Positions 10,082 through 19,244 of a DNA stretch of 64,000 nucleotides are shown here, piece after piece. The translations under genes and the position numbers were made by a program. The DNA lies in contig JAZQGU010000047.1 in the NCBI GenBank assembly GCA_045540175.1, positions 187 through 64,186 of the forward strand, read 5' to 3'. Numbering within the stretch: the first letter of the stretch is position 1; each line of letters opens with the position of its first letter. The DNA is from Eubacteriales bacterium. GTDB lineage: Bacteria > Bacillota > Clostridia > Oscillospirales > CAG-272. The notes beneath the pieces are model-generated. The model did no database searches. It was not told where the DNA came from and worked only from the letters and a program-made list of their open reading frames with translations.

Positions 10082-10185
10082 TCAATATAAGTCTTTTACA
10101 ATCCAAAACATCCGGTCCTATACAAATAACACTACGAATTTTTTCTCTATAGCACCGCCAAAATATATACAATAAGGAGAAACCC

Positions 10186-11157
10186 ATGAATAACAGAGAA
10201 TGGTTCAAGCAGGCAAAGTTCGGTATGTTCATCCACTGGGGGCTATACAGCATTCCCGCGGGCGAATGGAAGGGCAAAAGAGCCGACGGTCCCGCCGAGT
10301 GGTTGATGACGTACAACAGAATACCGATCAAGGAATACGAACAGCTGGCAAGCGTATTCAATCCGATCTATTTTGACGCAGAGGAATGGGTCAAGCTCGC
10401 CAAGGAAGCCGGAATGCAGTACATAATCTTCACAAGCAAGCATCAGGAAGGCTTCTGTATGTTCAAATCCGAAGTTGACAGCTATAATATCGTCGATGCT
10501 ACACCGTTCGGGCGCGACGTAGTCGACGAGCTTGCGAAGGCATGCAGAAAACACGGAATCAAGCTCGGTCTTTACTATTCGCAGGAGCTCGACTTCCACG
10601 AAGAGCACGGCGGCGGAGTTAACTACGTTGATCCGTGGCTTAACTGCGACTGGGCAAACAACTGGGATTTCCCCGACAAGGAAAAGAAAGACCTCAATAT
10701 ATTCATTGAGAAGAAGGTCAAGCCGCAGCTCAAGGAGCTTCTTACCAACTACGGCGACCTCCTCTGCATCTGGTGCGACGATCCCTGCGAAATAACGCCC
10801 GAGCAGAGCCAAGACATATACGATCTTATCAAGGGATATCAGCCCGATTGTCTCGTCCCCTCAAGAATAGGCAACGGCATCGGCGATTTCCATTCATTTG
10901 GCGACAACCAGCTTCCCGACAAGGATTGGGACGGGCTCGGCGAGTCCTGCGTTACCATGAATCACACCTGGGGCTACAAGAGCTTTGATAACGACTGGAA
11001 GAGTGTTGACGAAATTCTCGAGATCAAGGAAAGAGTCAACAGCCACGGTGTTAATCTTCTTCTGAACGTAGGTCCCGACGGTCTCGGAAGAATCCCCGCG
11101 CCTTCCGTTGAGATCCTGAAGGAGATCGGAAGAAGAACGCACAAGGAAGACAAATAA
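10186..11157 (+). CDS. Alpha-L-fucosidase, GH29 (cytoplasmic, catalytic domain only)
   Basis: WF..AKFGMFIHWGLYS, SKHQEGF, ELLTNYG, TMNHTWGY, LLLNVGP. Confidence 0.88.
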   Translation: MNNREWFKQAKFGMFIHWGLYSIPAGEWKGKRADGPAEWLMTYNRIPIKEYEQLASVFNPIYFDAEEWVKLAKEAGMQYIIFTSKHQEGFCMFKSEVDSYNIVDATPFGRDVVDELAKACRKHGIKLGLYYSQELDFHEEHGGGVNYVDPWLNCDWANNWDFPDKEKKDLNIFIEKKVKPQLKELLTNYGDLLCIWCDDPCEITPEQSQDIYDLIKGYQPDCLVPSRIGNGIGDFHSFGDNQLPDKDWDGLGESCVTMNHTWGYKSFDNDWKSVDEILEIKERVNSHGVNLLLNVGPDGLGRIPAPSVEILKEIGRRTHKEDK

Positions 11158-11181
11158 CGCTTACAGAATATCACATTTTCA

Positions 11182-11251
11182 CGGGCGAACACAGTTCGCC
11201 CCTACCGAGAGACATCCAAACGTTTCCGTAGGGGCGAACTGCGTTCGCCCG
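11182..11251. repeat. GTAG-type REP doublet (REPIN-like)
   Basis: CGGGCGAACACAGTTCGCCCCTAC..GTAGGGGCGAACTGCGTTCGCCCG; related doublets at ~13192-13263 and ~19303-19369. Confidence 0.85.
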
Positions 11252-11297
11252 TTTTGTTGTAACGTTGTATCGTTTTGACACGGACATTCGAGTATAC

Positions 11298-11328
11298 AAA
11301 AAGAGAGGCAGCCTGAGCTGCCTCTCTT
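11298..11328 (-). terminator. Terminator of SBP copy 1 (duplicated at ~13311-13340)
   Basis: AAGAGAGGCAGC-CTGA-GCTGCCTCTCTT preceded by an A tract. Confidence 0.75.
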
Positions 11329-11382
11329 GGTTTTCATCCGATAATGGAAGTCTATACTTCCCTTTTCAGTGATTGCCTATTA

Positions 11383-12831
11383 TCAGTTGTCCTGGAAGAG
11401 GTCGAACGCAGTCATGATACGCTCAAGAGCTGCGGCAACGTCGTCCTTCATCTCGTCATAGGTCTTTGCAATCTGGCTCGCGCCGGGGTTACGGATAACG
11501 TCGTTACGAGCAAGGTCCATAAGCTTGGTCTCGGAGAAGAGAAGGGTTCCGATATCCCAAGTGATGTTGTAAAGAACGTACTGGAGCATCTCAACAGTAT
11601 CAGGGTCGGAAACTGTGTTACCCTGAAGAGTGTCGTACTCGTATGCTTCATACATATGTTCCTCGGAAGCAAGAGAGAGAGCCTCAACGATAAGAGAAAC
11701 GTCATCTGCATCTGCAGAGATCGGAATAGACATTACAGAGTAGTTATCTGCCATTGCAGAGAGATATCTTTCCTGGTTCTCATCGTACTTCGGGAAAGGA
11801 AGAACGGTATAAGTACCGTCAAAAGAATCATAGGTAGTCAAGGTAGCGTTGAGCCAGTTCGTGGTAAATACGGATCTGTCGCCCATCCAAGAAGTGTTAG
11901 CAGAGCCCTGGTTACCGTTGAAGATACCGGTGGTATTATAGTACATGGTGTGCATTCTGTCAACGAAGGAAAGGAGCTTATCAGTCATGTAAACGTCTTC
12001 AAGACCGTTCTCAACGGTGTTCTTGATGATCGGAATATCCCAGGTTGCGTGCCAAGCGTCGATAGACCAGTCGGAGGTCATGTAGAACGCATAGCCGTCG
12101 CCTGCGGTACGTCCGGATACGTTATCGATCTCGGTATAACCGTACTCGTTTACGAAGTTCATAAGGTAATCGTAAGTCCAGTCGCCGTTTCTGATGGTGT
12201 CGAAGAGCTTGCTGGAGAACTCGGGATCATACTGCTCGCCGAGGTCACGGTTGTAGAAGAATGCGAAGGTGTTGGTGAGGGTGGATACGCACATCTTGCT
12301 TACTGAAGTATAGATCGCGTCTCTAACCGCGAACTTCTCGTTCATACCGTTAAGCCACTGAGACTGTTCAAGGTTAGTATACTTGAGCTTGTTCCAGTTA
12401 TAAACGTAACCGTTAGTGATAAGGGGTGCGCTCTCGAAAACGTAGGTCATAGCGAGTTCGAACTTATCTGCATTCTGAATGCAGTCGTTAAGAACGCCAT
12501 TGATCTGCTGACCCATGCCGCCGCCATTGCTGACAGGGGTAATAACAACGTTATATCTGTCCTCAACCGCTGCGTTTCTGACCATAAGAGCGATGTCGAG
12601 AAGGTTTTCGGAGTTCTCGTCTGCAACAAGAACCTCCTGCTGCTCGTATTCGCCTCTGGTGCTGATACGGAACTCTTCTGTTTCGAAGTCTTTGTCGGGA
12701 AGTGCTGCCCACTTTTCGTTAAACGAAGGGGGCGGTGTAGGACCATTACTGCCGTTCTTTCCACCGCCGCAAGCGAAGCAGGTAAGCAGCATACAAGCGG
12801 CAATGAGAAGCACTATCAGTTTCTTTTTCAT
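11383..12831 (-). CDS. Extracellular solute-binding lipoprotein, copy 1
   Basis: Lipobox CFA-C; G.WTYDYL and LPFPKYDENQE motifs typical of clostridial sugar-type SBPs. Confidence 0.8.
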   Translation of the reverse strand: MKKKLIVLLIAACMLLTCFACGGGKNGSNGPTPPPSFNEKWAALPDKDFETEEFRISTRGEYEQQEVLVADENSENLLDIALMVRNAAVEDRYNVVITPVSNGGGMGQQINGVLNDCIQNADKFELAMTYVFESAPLITNGYVYNWNKLKYTNLEQSQWLNGMNEKFAVRDAIYTSVSKMCVSTLTNTFAFFYNRDLGEQYDPEFSSKLFDTIRNGDWTYDYLMNFVNEYGYTEIDNVSGRTAGDGYAFYMTSDWSIDAWHATWDIPIIKNTVENGLEDVYMTDKLLSFVDRMHTMYYNTTGIFNGNQGSANTSWMGDRSVFTTNWLNATLTTYDSFDGTYTVLPFPKYDENQERYLSAMADNYSVMSIPISADADDVSLIVEALSLASEEHMYEAYEYDTLQGNTVSDPDTVEMLQYVLYNITWDIGTLLFSETKLMDLARNDVIRNPGASQIAKTYDEMKDDVAAALERIMTAFDLFQDN

Positions 12832-13395
12832 GATTTTTCCTCCTGATTGGATAATAAAAAAATATATTTCAGCATTTTCAGCGTTTCACGCTTCAAATGT
12901 TAAAATCGATATTGGAGCAACCCGCAAAGCTATTGTGAGATGTGTCAAAAAAGCTCCATAAATTTAACCACATAGCACAAATCATTCCGCCAAGCGCAAG
13001 CTCTTCGGCATTTTTGCTGTCGCTTTATTACATAAATAACATAGCGATGCCGATTTTTGAGGGAAAATTTATCAATTTTACGTAGAGTCAGTATAACACG
13101 AGAATAGATTATATACTATAATTAATTTGCGTTATTTTATTATTTCCTTGTTTTTGAGGAAAACGTTGGCTGTAAAGCGTATCGCATTTATACGGACGAC
13201 ACGCCCCTCATCCCTACCGAGAGACATCCAAACATTTCCGTAGGGACGAATTGCGTTCGCCTGTTTTGTTGTAACGTTGTATCGTTTTGACAAGGACATT
13301 CGAGTATACAAAAAGAGAGGCAGCCTAAGCTGCCTCTCTTGGTTTTCATCTGATTAATGGAAGTCTATACTTCCCTTTTCAGCGATTACCTATTA

Positions 13396-14844
13396 TCAGT
13401 TGTCCTGGAAGAGGTCGAACGCAGTCATGATACGCTCAAGAGCTGCGGCAACGTCGTCCTTCATCTCGTCATAGGTCTTTGCAATCTGGCTCGCGCCGGG
13501 ATTATAAAGAACGTCTCTACGAGCAAGGTCCATAAGCTTGGTCTCGGAGAAGAGAAGGGTTCCGATATCCCAAGTGATGTTGTAAAGAACGTACTGGAGC
13601 ATCTCAACAGAGTCAGGGTCAGAAATGGCGTTACCCTGAAGAGCCTCGTACTCGTATGCATCATACATATGTTCCTCGGAAGCAAGAGAGAGAGCCTCAA
13701 CGATGAGAGAAACGTCGTCGGGATCTGCCGAGATCGGAATAGAAATTACAGAGTAGTTATCTGCCATTCCGGAGAGGTATTTTTCCTGGTTCTCATCGTA
13801 CTTCGGGAAAGGAAGAACGGTGTATGTACCTTCAAAGTCCTTATAAAGTCCGAGCGTGTTTTGGAGAGTATTGGTAGTAAATACCGATCTGTCGGCCATC
13901 CAAGAAGTGTTAGCAGCGCCCTGGTTACCGCAGAAGATACCGGGGGTAGCATAGTACATGGTGTGCATTCTGTCAACGAAGGAAAGGAACTTATCAGTCA
14001 TGTAAACGTCTTCAAGACCGTTTTCTACCGTGTTTTTGATCATGGGGATATCCCAGGTCGCGTGCCAGATGTCGATAGACCAGTCAGTGGTCATGTGGAA
14101 CGCATAGCCGTCGCCTGCGGTACGTCCGGATACGTTATCCATCTCGGTATAACCGTACTCGTTTACGAAGTTCATAAGGTAATCGTAAGTCCAGTCGCCG
14201 TTTCTGATGGTGTCGAAGAGCTTGTTGGAGAATTCGGGATCGTACATCTCGCCGAGGTCACGGTTGTAGAAGAATGCGAAGGTATTGTTGAAGGTAGAAA
14301 CGCACATCTTGCTTACTGCAGTGTAGATAGCGCTTCTAACCGCGAACTTCTCGTTCATACCGTCGATCCACTGGGACTGGTCAAGTTTTGTATACTTAAG
14401 CTTGTTCCAGTTGTAAACGTAACCGTTTGTGATAAGGGGTGCGCTCTCGAAAACGTAGGTCATAGCGATCTCGAACTTGTCTGCATTCTGGATACAGTCG
14501 TTAAGAACGCCATTGATCTGCTGGCCCATGCCGCCGCCATTGCTGACAGGGGTAATAACAACGTTATATCTGTCCTCAACTGCTGCGTTTCTGACCATAA
14601 GAGCGATATCGAGAAGGTTTTCGGAGTTCTCGTCTGCAACAAGAACCTCCTGCTGCTCGTAAGAGCCTCTGGTGCTGATACGGAATTCTTCCATCTCGAA
14701 GTCTTTGTCGGGGAGTGCTGCCCACTTTTCGTTAAATGAAGGGGGACCACTGGGGCGCTTGTTGCCACTGTTTCCACCGCCGCAAGCGAAGCAGGTAAGC
14801 AGCATACAAGCGGCAATGAGAAGCACTATCAGCTTCTTTTTCAT
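13396..14844 (-). CDS. Extracellular solute-binding lipoprotein, copy 2
   Basis: Close paralog of copy 1, same length. Confidence 0.8.
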   Translation of the reverse strand: MKKKLIVLLIAACMLLTCFACGGGNSGNKRPSGPPSFNEKWAALPDKDFEMEEFRISTRGSYEQQEVLVADENSENLLDIALMVRNAAVEDRYNVVITPVSNGGGMGQQINGVLNDCIQNADKFEIAMTYVFESAPLITNGYVYNWNKLKYTKLDQSQWIDGMNEKFAVRSAIYTAVSKMCVSTFNNTFAFFYNRDLGEMYDPEFSNKLFDTIRNGDWTYDYLMNFVNEYGYTEMDNVSGRTAGDGYAFHMTTDWSIDIWHATWDIPMIKNTVENGLEDVYMTDKFLSFVDRMHTMYYATPGIFCGNQGAANTSWMADRSVFTTNTLQNTLGLYKDFEGTYTVLPFPKYDENQEKYLSGMADNYSVISIPISADPDDVSLIVEALSLASEEHMYDAYEYEALQGNAISDPDSVEMLQYVLYNITWDIGTLLFSETKLMDLARRDVLYNPGASQIAKTYDEMKDDVAAALERIMTAFDLFQDN

Positions 14845-15228
14845 GATTTTTTCCTCCTGATTGGATAATTAAAAATTATATTTCAGCATTTTCGGCGTTT
14901 CACGCTTCAAATGTTAAAACCTGTATTGGTGCAAACGGTAAGTCCGTTGTGCAACATGTTAAAAAGCGTTCTATAATTTTAAGCATATAGTACAAATTAT
15001 TTCGTCAAGTGCAAGCAAATCGGCATTTTTGCTGTCACTTTATTACATAAACAACATAGCAAAGCCGATTTGTGAGAAAAAATTTATCACTTTTACGCAA
15101 AAACAGTATAACACGAGAGCAAAATATATACTATAACTAATTTGCGTTATTTTATTATTTTTTTGCTATTGGGAACATTTTTTAAATTTTTGTGCATTTG
15201 GAGCATACCTCTGCGCTCATAAGTCCCG

Positions 15229-16665
15229 TCAATAATCCTGGAATATGTCAAACGCTATCATGATACGCTCAAGCGCATCCGATATATCGTCCTTCTTTTC
15301 ATCGTACGTTTTTAAGATCTGGCTGCCATCCGGGTTTGAGATGACGTCTTTACGAGCCAACGACATCAATTTAAGCTCCGAGTTGAGAAGTGTACCGATA
15401 TCCCAGGTGATGTTATTCAGAACGTACTGAAGCATCTCAACAGTGTCGGGGTCGGAAACGGTGTTACCCTGAAGAGCATCGTACTCGTATACGTGATACA
15501 TATGTTCTGAAGAAGCAATTGAGAGCGCTTCAACAATAAACGAAACGTAGTCGGGGTTTGCGGATACCGGAATAGACATTACCGAATAGTTATCCGCCAT
15601 TGCCGAGTAATATTTCTCCTGGTTTTCGTCGTACTTTGGGAAAGGAAGGATCGTATAAGTACCGTCGAAGGAATCGTAAGTAGACAATGCAGCGTCAAGC
15701 CAGTTGGTAATAAATACAGCTCTGTCGCCCATAAATGCATCGTTAGCAGCACCCTGGTTACCGTTCATTATACCGGGAGTCTCATAGTACATAGTGTGCA
15801 TTCTGTCGACAAAGGAGAGAAGCTTGTCGGACATATAAACGTCCTCGAGACCGTTTTCTACCGTGTTTTTTATCATGGGGATATCCCAGGTCGCGTGCCA
15901 GGTGTCGATAGACCAGTCGAGCGACATATACATTGCGTAGCTGTCACCCGCGGTTCTTCCCGTCTCGTTGTCAAGCTCGGTATAACCGTATTCATTCACG
16001 AAGCTCATGAGATAATCGTACGTCCAGTCGCCCTTCCTGATGGCATTAAAAAGCTTATTGGAGAACTCGGGGTCGTACTTCTCGCCGAGATCGCGGTTAT
16101 AATAGAATGCGAATGTGTTAGTAATGGTAGAAATACACATCTTGCTGACCGCCGTGTAGATTGCATCTCTTACCGCGAACTTCTCATTCATTCCGTCGAT
16201 CCAATAGGAGGCATCGAGACGTGTATAAGGGAGACGGTTCCAGTTAAGAACGTAACCGTTTGTAATAAGCGGAGCACTTTCGAAGACGTAGGTCATTGCC
16301 AGATCGAAGTTGTCGGCATTCTTTATACAGTCGTTAAGAACGACGTTTATCTGCTCGCCCATTCCGGCACCGTTACTGACAGGCTCGATAACTACGTTAT
16401 ATTTGTCCTCAACATTCGCGTTTCTGACCATAAGAGCAATGTCGAGAAGGTTTTCGGAGTTCTCGTCCGCGACAATAACCTCCATGTTTTCATAACCGTT
16501 TCTTGTGCTTATGCGGAAGGCGGCTTCTTCGAAGTCTTTTTGGGGAAGTCTGTCCCAGCTAGGCCCGGGAATAATAATCGGGGCATCGTCTTTTTTGTCA
16601 TTGCAGGCAAAGCAGGTAATCAGCATGCAAGCGGCAATTAGGATCAGTATCAGTTTCTTCATCAT
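15229..16665 (-). CDS. Extracellular solute-binding lipoprotein, copy 3 (more diverged)
   Basis: Paralog of copies 1 and 2; AAAGGAGG RBS before ATG 16665. Confidence 0.8.
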   Translation of the reverse strand: MMKKLILILIAACMLITCFACNDKKDDAPIIIPGPSWDRLPQKDFEEAAFRISTRNGYENMEVIVADENSENLLDIALMVRNANVEDKYNVVIEPVSNGAGMGEQINVVLNDCIKNADNFDLAMTYVFESAPLITNGYVLNWNRLPYTRLDASYWIDGMNEKFAVRDAIYTAVSKMCISTITNTFAFYYNRDLGEKYDPEFSNKLFNAIRKGDWTYDYLMSFVNEYGYTELDNETGRTAGDSYAMYMSLDWSIDTWHATWDIPMIKNTVENGLEDVYMSDKLLSFVDRMHTMYYETPGIMNGNQGAANDAFMGDRAVFITNWLDAALSTYDSFDGTYTILPFPKYDENQEKYYSAMADNYSVMSIPVSANPDYVSFIVEALSIASSEHMYHVYEYDALQGNTVSDPDTVEMLQYVLNNITWDIGTLLNSELKLMSLARKDVISNPDGSQILKTYDEKKDDISDALERIMIAFDIFQDY

Positions 16666-16697
16666 ATTTCGTCCTCCTTTAAAATTCAAGTTTTATT

Positions 16698-17330
16698 TCA
16701 GAACTCAGGGTCGTATTTCTGTTCAAAGGGCTCCCAGCAAATTTCTCTTACCTCGATGTCCTTTATGCGGAGCATCGTGCAGTAGGCGGAAAAGCCGACG
16801 TGACCGCCAGTAATCGGATTAGGGTCGATCATTTCCGAAACGAGAACGTCGTCAACGACCATAAAGGAATGACCGCCCACAGCTCCGCAGGTCATTCTGA
16901 CCTCGGTGCCGGGAGTGTACTTATAGAGGCTCGTCGTCGAATACAGGTTTGAGCCGACTCCGTAGCCGATATTTCTTTCAAGTCCCGCCTTGTTTTCGTA
17001 CCAGCCGTTAAGTCCGCAGACGTAGGAAGTACCGAGATAATCGACCTCGTCGTCCCAATTCGCACAGAAAACCGCGTTAAGGTCGCGCGTTGCGGGCAGG
17101 ATCGTTGAAACGGTAAATGAGAGCATTACATTACCTTCATATCGTTCGCGCGTGAAAAGAATACCGCCCTTGTTTCCGTTTTCGATTCCGATAAGCGCGC
17201 CGTCCTCATACTTCCATTCCCCGCTCTTCGGCTCAAAATAATCGAGCCAATCGGTGTTCGGCTTATAGTCGAGAAGCACCTTCGACTTGTCAAAAAGGAT
17301 TTTCTTTCCCAAAAGATGAATGTTTTTCAT
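16698..17330 (-). CDS. Hypothetical protein with a probable concanavalin A-like/DUF1080-type beta-sandwich
   Basis: GEWKYEDGALIG start and C-terminal D..PITGGHVGF....LRIKDIEV pattern; GAGG RBS. Confidence 0.55.
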   Translation of the reverse strand: MKNIHLLGKKILFDKSKVLLDYKPNTDWLDYFEPKSGEWKYEDGALIGIENGNKGGILFTRERYEGNVMLSFTVSTILPATRDLNAVFCANWDDEVDYLGTSYVCGLNGWYENKAGLERNIGYGVGSNLYSTTSLYKYTPGTEVRMTCGAVGGHSFMVVDDVLVSEMIDPNPITGGHVGFSAYCTMLRIKDIEVREICWEPFEQKYDPEF

Positions 17331-17506
17331 AATTACCTCGTTTACAATATGCCGCAAATGTTTTTCCTCTTGTCTACATTATACTATATATCCCCAAAGT
17401 TGTCTACCAGTTTCATGTTTTTTAAAATTTTCTTTACAATACTATTGCATTTTTCGAGCAAAAACATTATAATATAGGTACTACATAAAATTGAGAGGTA
17501 ATAATT

Positions 17507-17746
17507 ATGGATCTTCTTAAGAAAATTTGGCCTACGCCCTTCAAGATCGAAAAAGGAAACGTCGTTTCGCTCATTATTCAGCTCGTTATATTTCTCGTAG
17601 TTGTGGCGATCGCAGGTGTCGTAATCGGATTCCTCGCAAGCATTCCGATCATCGGCATTATTTTCTCGATCATCAGCTCTCTTATGGGAATTTATTCGCT
17701 TGTAGGTATCATCCTCTGCATTCTTAAATTCCTCGGAACCGTTTGA
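17507..17746 (+). CDS. Small hydrophobic membrane protein
   Basis: 79 aa, mostly hydrophobic; GAGAGG RBS, promoter-like upstream sequence and terminator downstream. Confidence 0.7.
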   Translation: MDLLKKIWPTPFKIEKGNVVSLIIQLVIFLVVVAIAGVVIGFLASIPIIGIIFSIISSLMGIYSLVGIILCILKFLGTV

Positions 17747-17757
17747 TTTATAATATC

Positions 17758-17793
17758 AAAAAAACACGGGAACTTTCGGTTCCCGTGTTTTTT
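17758..17793. terminator. Bidirectional terminator
   Basis: AAAAAAACACGGGAAC-TTTCG-GTTCCCGTGTTTTTTT between convergent genes. Confidence 0.8.
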
Positions 17794-17798
17794 CTTCA

Positions 17799-18221
17799 TT
17801 ACATAATAACATCTCCCGATATGACACCGAAAATAAAGGCGTACATATCGTTTGCCATTTTGTATATTTTCTCAAGCTCCTTTTCGGTGACGTCAAAGCC
17901 GACGTCGGTCGGGTAGCGCGTTTCAATATAGTATCTGTTGAGCGAGGTGCTCTCATCGAGCCACTCGTCAAATTTCCTGTCGATACGGCAGGCAGATCTG
18001 CAAAGGAAGGTCAGGTTGTGTCCGTCAACGTGCTTTTCCGTCTTATAAAGAAGATAACCCTTGAGCGCCTTTTCAATACACTGCTGGCAATGAAAGGCGG
18101 CGTTGCAGTTGTCTCCGTCGTTATCCTTCAGTATCCGCGCGGAATCAAGGTCACATTCGGCACGCTCAAGCCAGTCGAAGTACCTTTTGCTGTCGTGCGG
18201 ACTGCCGCGTCTTCTACCCAT
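17799..18221 (-). CDS. HEPN domain protein (RYP-type)
   Basis: W..RA..DL.SA, AFHCQQ.IEKALK, HNL..L, YIETRYP. Confidence 0.88.
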   Translation of the reverse strand: MGRRRGSPHDSKRYFDWLERAECDLDSARILKDNDGDNCNAAFHCQQCIEKALKGYLLYKTEKHVDGHNLTFLCRSACRIDRKFDEWLDESTSLNRYYIETRYPTDVGFDVTEKELEKIYKMANDMYAFIFGVISGDVIM

Positions 18222-18504
18222 AAAGCACCCTGCCCTTCGACAGTATGCTGTACGCATAGCTTGTTTTGTCCGAGGAAAGTGTTGCGAAATCGTCCTCGCC
18301 GTAGACGAGCAGATTGAAGGCTATCTCGCTGTCGAGAGCTCTGTACAGCCGTCTTTCCGCCTCCTTCGGGTCGCTTTTCACAACGATAAGCAGGCTGACC
18401 TCGCGCAGGGCCTCCCCGTTTTTCTTTTCGCCGTAGAGAACGATCTTTAATGGATCAACTTCCTTAATAATATCGGAGCAGATCCCGTTCAGAACCAAAT
18501 CCAT
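18214..18504 (-). CDS. Minimal nucleotidyltransferase (MNT)-like protein, catalytic motif degenerate
   Basis: P.KIVLYG..LLIVV..LLVY..I...GRVLYG fold signature; overlaps the HEPN gene. Confidence 0.75.
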   Translation of the reverse strand: MDLVLNGICSDIIKEVDPLKIVLYGEKKNGEALREVSLLIVVKSDPKEAERRLYRALDSEIAFNLLVYGEDDFATLSSDKTSYAYSILSKGRVLYG

Positions 18505-18516
18505 ATTCCGCCTCCT

Positions 18517-18561
18517 TAATATCGTTACCGATATTATACATCAAAGCGGCAATTATTTCAA
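18517..18561 (-). promoter_or_regulatory. SigA promoter of MNT-HEPN with overlapping palindromic operator
   Basis: TTGAAA-N17-TATAAT (TG-extended) on the minus strand; TAATATCG-N4-CGATATTA at 18517-18536. Confidence 0.7.
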
Positions 18562-18564
18562 TAG

Positions 18565-18954
18565 TCAACCGATTATTTGATCGGGAGTATCTCCGCCGAG
18601 GCCGAAGCTTACCGCGATGGCTTCATTGACACGTCTCATAACGCTCTCGTCAAGATGACCCATTTTTTCCTTCAACCTGGTTTTATCGAGTGTTCTCACC
18701 TGCTCGAGCAAAATTACGGAATTTTTCATAAGCCCGCCGCCGTCGGCACTCGAGCTTATCATCGCCTCAACGCCGATATGCGTCGGAAGCTTATTTTTCC
18801 CCGTACGCGAGGTTATCGCGGCGGCAATGACCGTCGGGCTGTATCGGTTGCCGACGTCATTCTGTATTATAAGAACGGGACGAAGTCCTCCCTGCTCCGA
18901 GCCGACGACGGGACTGAGGTCGGCGTAAAATATATCTCCGCGTTTACACGTCAT
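18565..18954 (-). CDS. ndoA: PemK/MazF-family endoribonuclease toxin (EndoA-like)
   Basis: [53 protein letters not shown]. Confidence 0.92.
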   Translation of the reverse strand: MTCKRGDIFYADLSPVVGSEQGGLRPVLIIQNDVGNRYSPTVIAAAITSRTGKNKLPTHIGVEAMISSSADGGGLMKNSVILLEQVRTLDKTRLKEKMGHLDESVMRRVNEAIAVSFGLGGDTPDQIIG

Positions 18955-19105
18955 AATATTTTTCCTTTCGGTTTTTTGTTCTTCTCCGTAAGAGTACATT
19001 ACTATTTTTCGGCAGGTATGGGAATAATATTCGTGCCGAAAAAATTTTGATGCTCTTACAGTAATTATTTTACGCGGAGAAAAACATGATGTGAGGTTTT
19101 TCGCA

Positions 19106-19217
19106 TTTCTTTGCCCGTGCAAAGAAACGCTCGCAAAGAAAACCGCCAAGGGGCAAACCGATGAAAATTTGCGAGAGCAAATTTTCAGACGTTTTCCCCT
19201 TTGGAAACCCCTTTCGA
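19106..19217 (-). repeat. AAGGGG/CCCCTT structured element, copy 1
   Basis: Homologous to 24260-24392 (reverse complement) and 53013-53123. Confidence 0.8.
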
Positions 19218-19244
19218 CTTTTGCGACAACTCAGACGGTTTATT

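Larger units (their letters stand above)
11200..15160. repeat. Tandem duplication with a ~2012-bp unit (REP + terminator + SBP gene + ~320 bp upstream region)
   Basis: 11200-13145 aligns with 13212-15160, including non-coding DNA. Confidence 0.92.

Noticed and set aside
13357-14739. Long antisense ORFs (also 11344-12306, 22118-23224, 47633-48661 and 58834-60024)
   Set aside because: Shadow frames opposite well-supported genes, without recognisable motifs
11383-16665. Diversity-generating retroelement or shufflon behind the paralog variation
   Set aside because: No reverse transcriptase or recombinase in the window; differences are spread over whole genes and are not confined to adenines or a C-terminal cassette
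17799-18954. Defence island or prophage around the toxin genes
   Set aside because: No integrase, att sites or other defence or phage genes; the flanks look chromosomal
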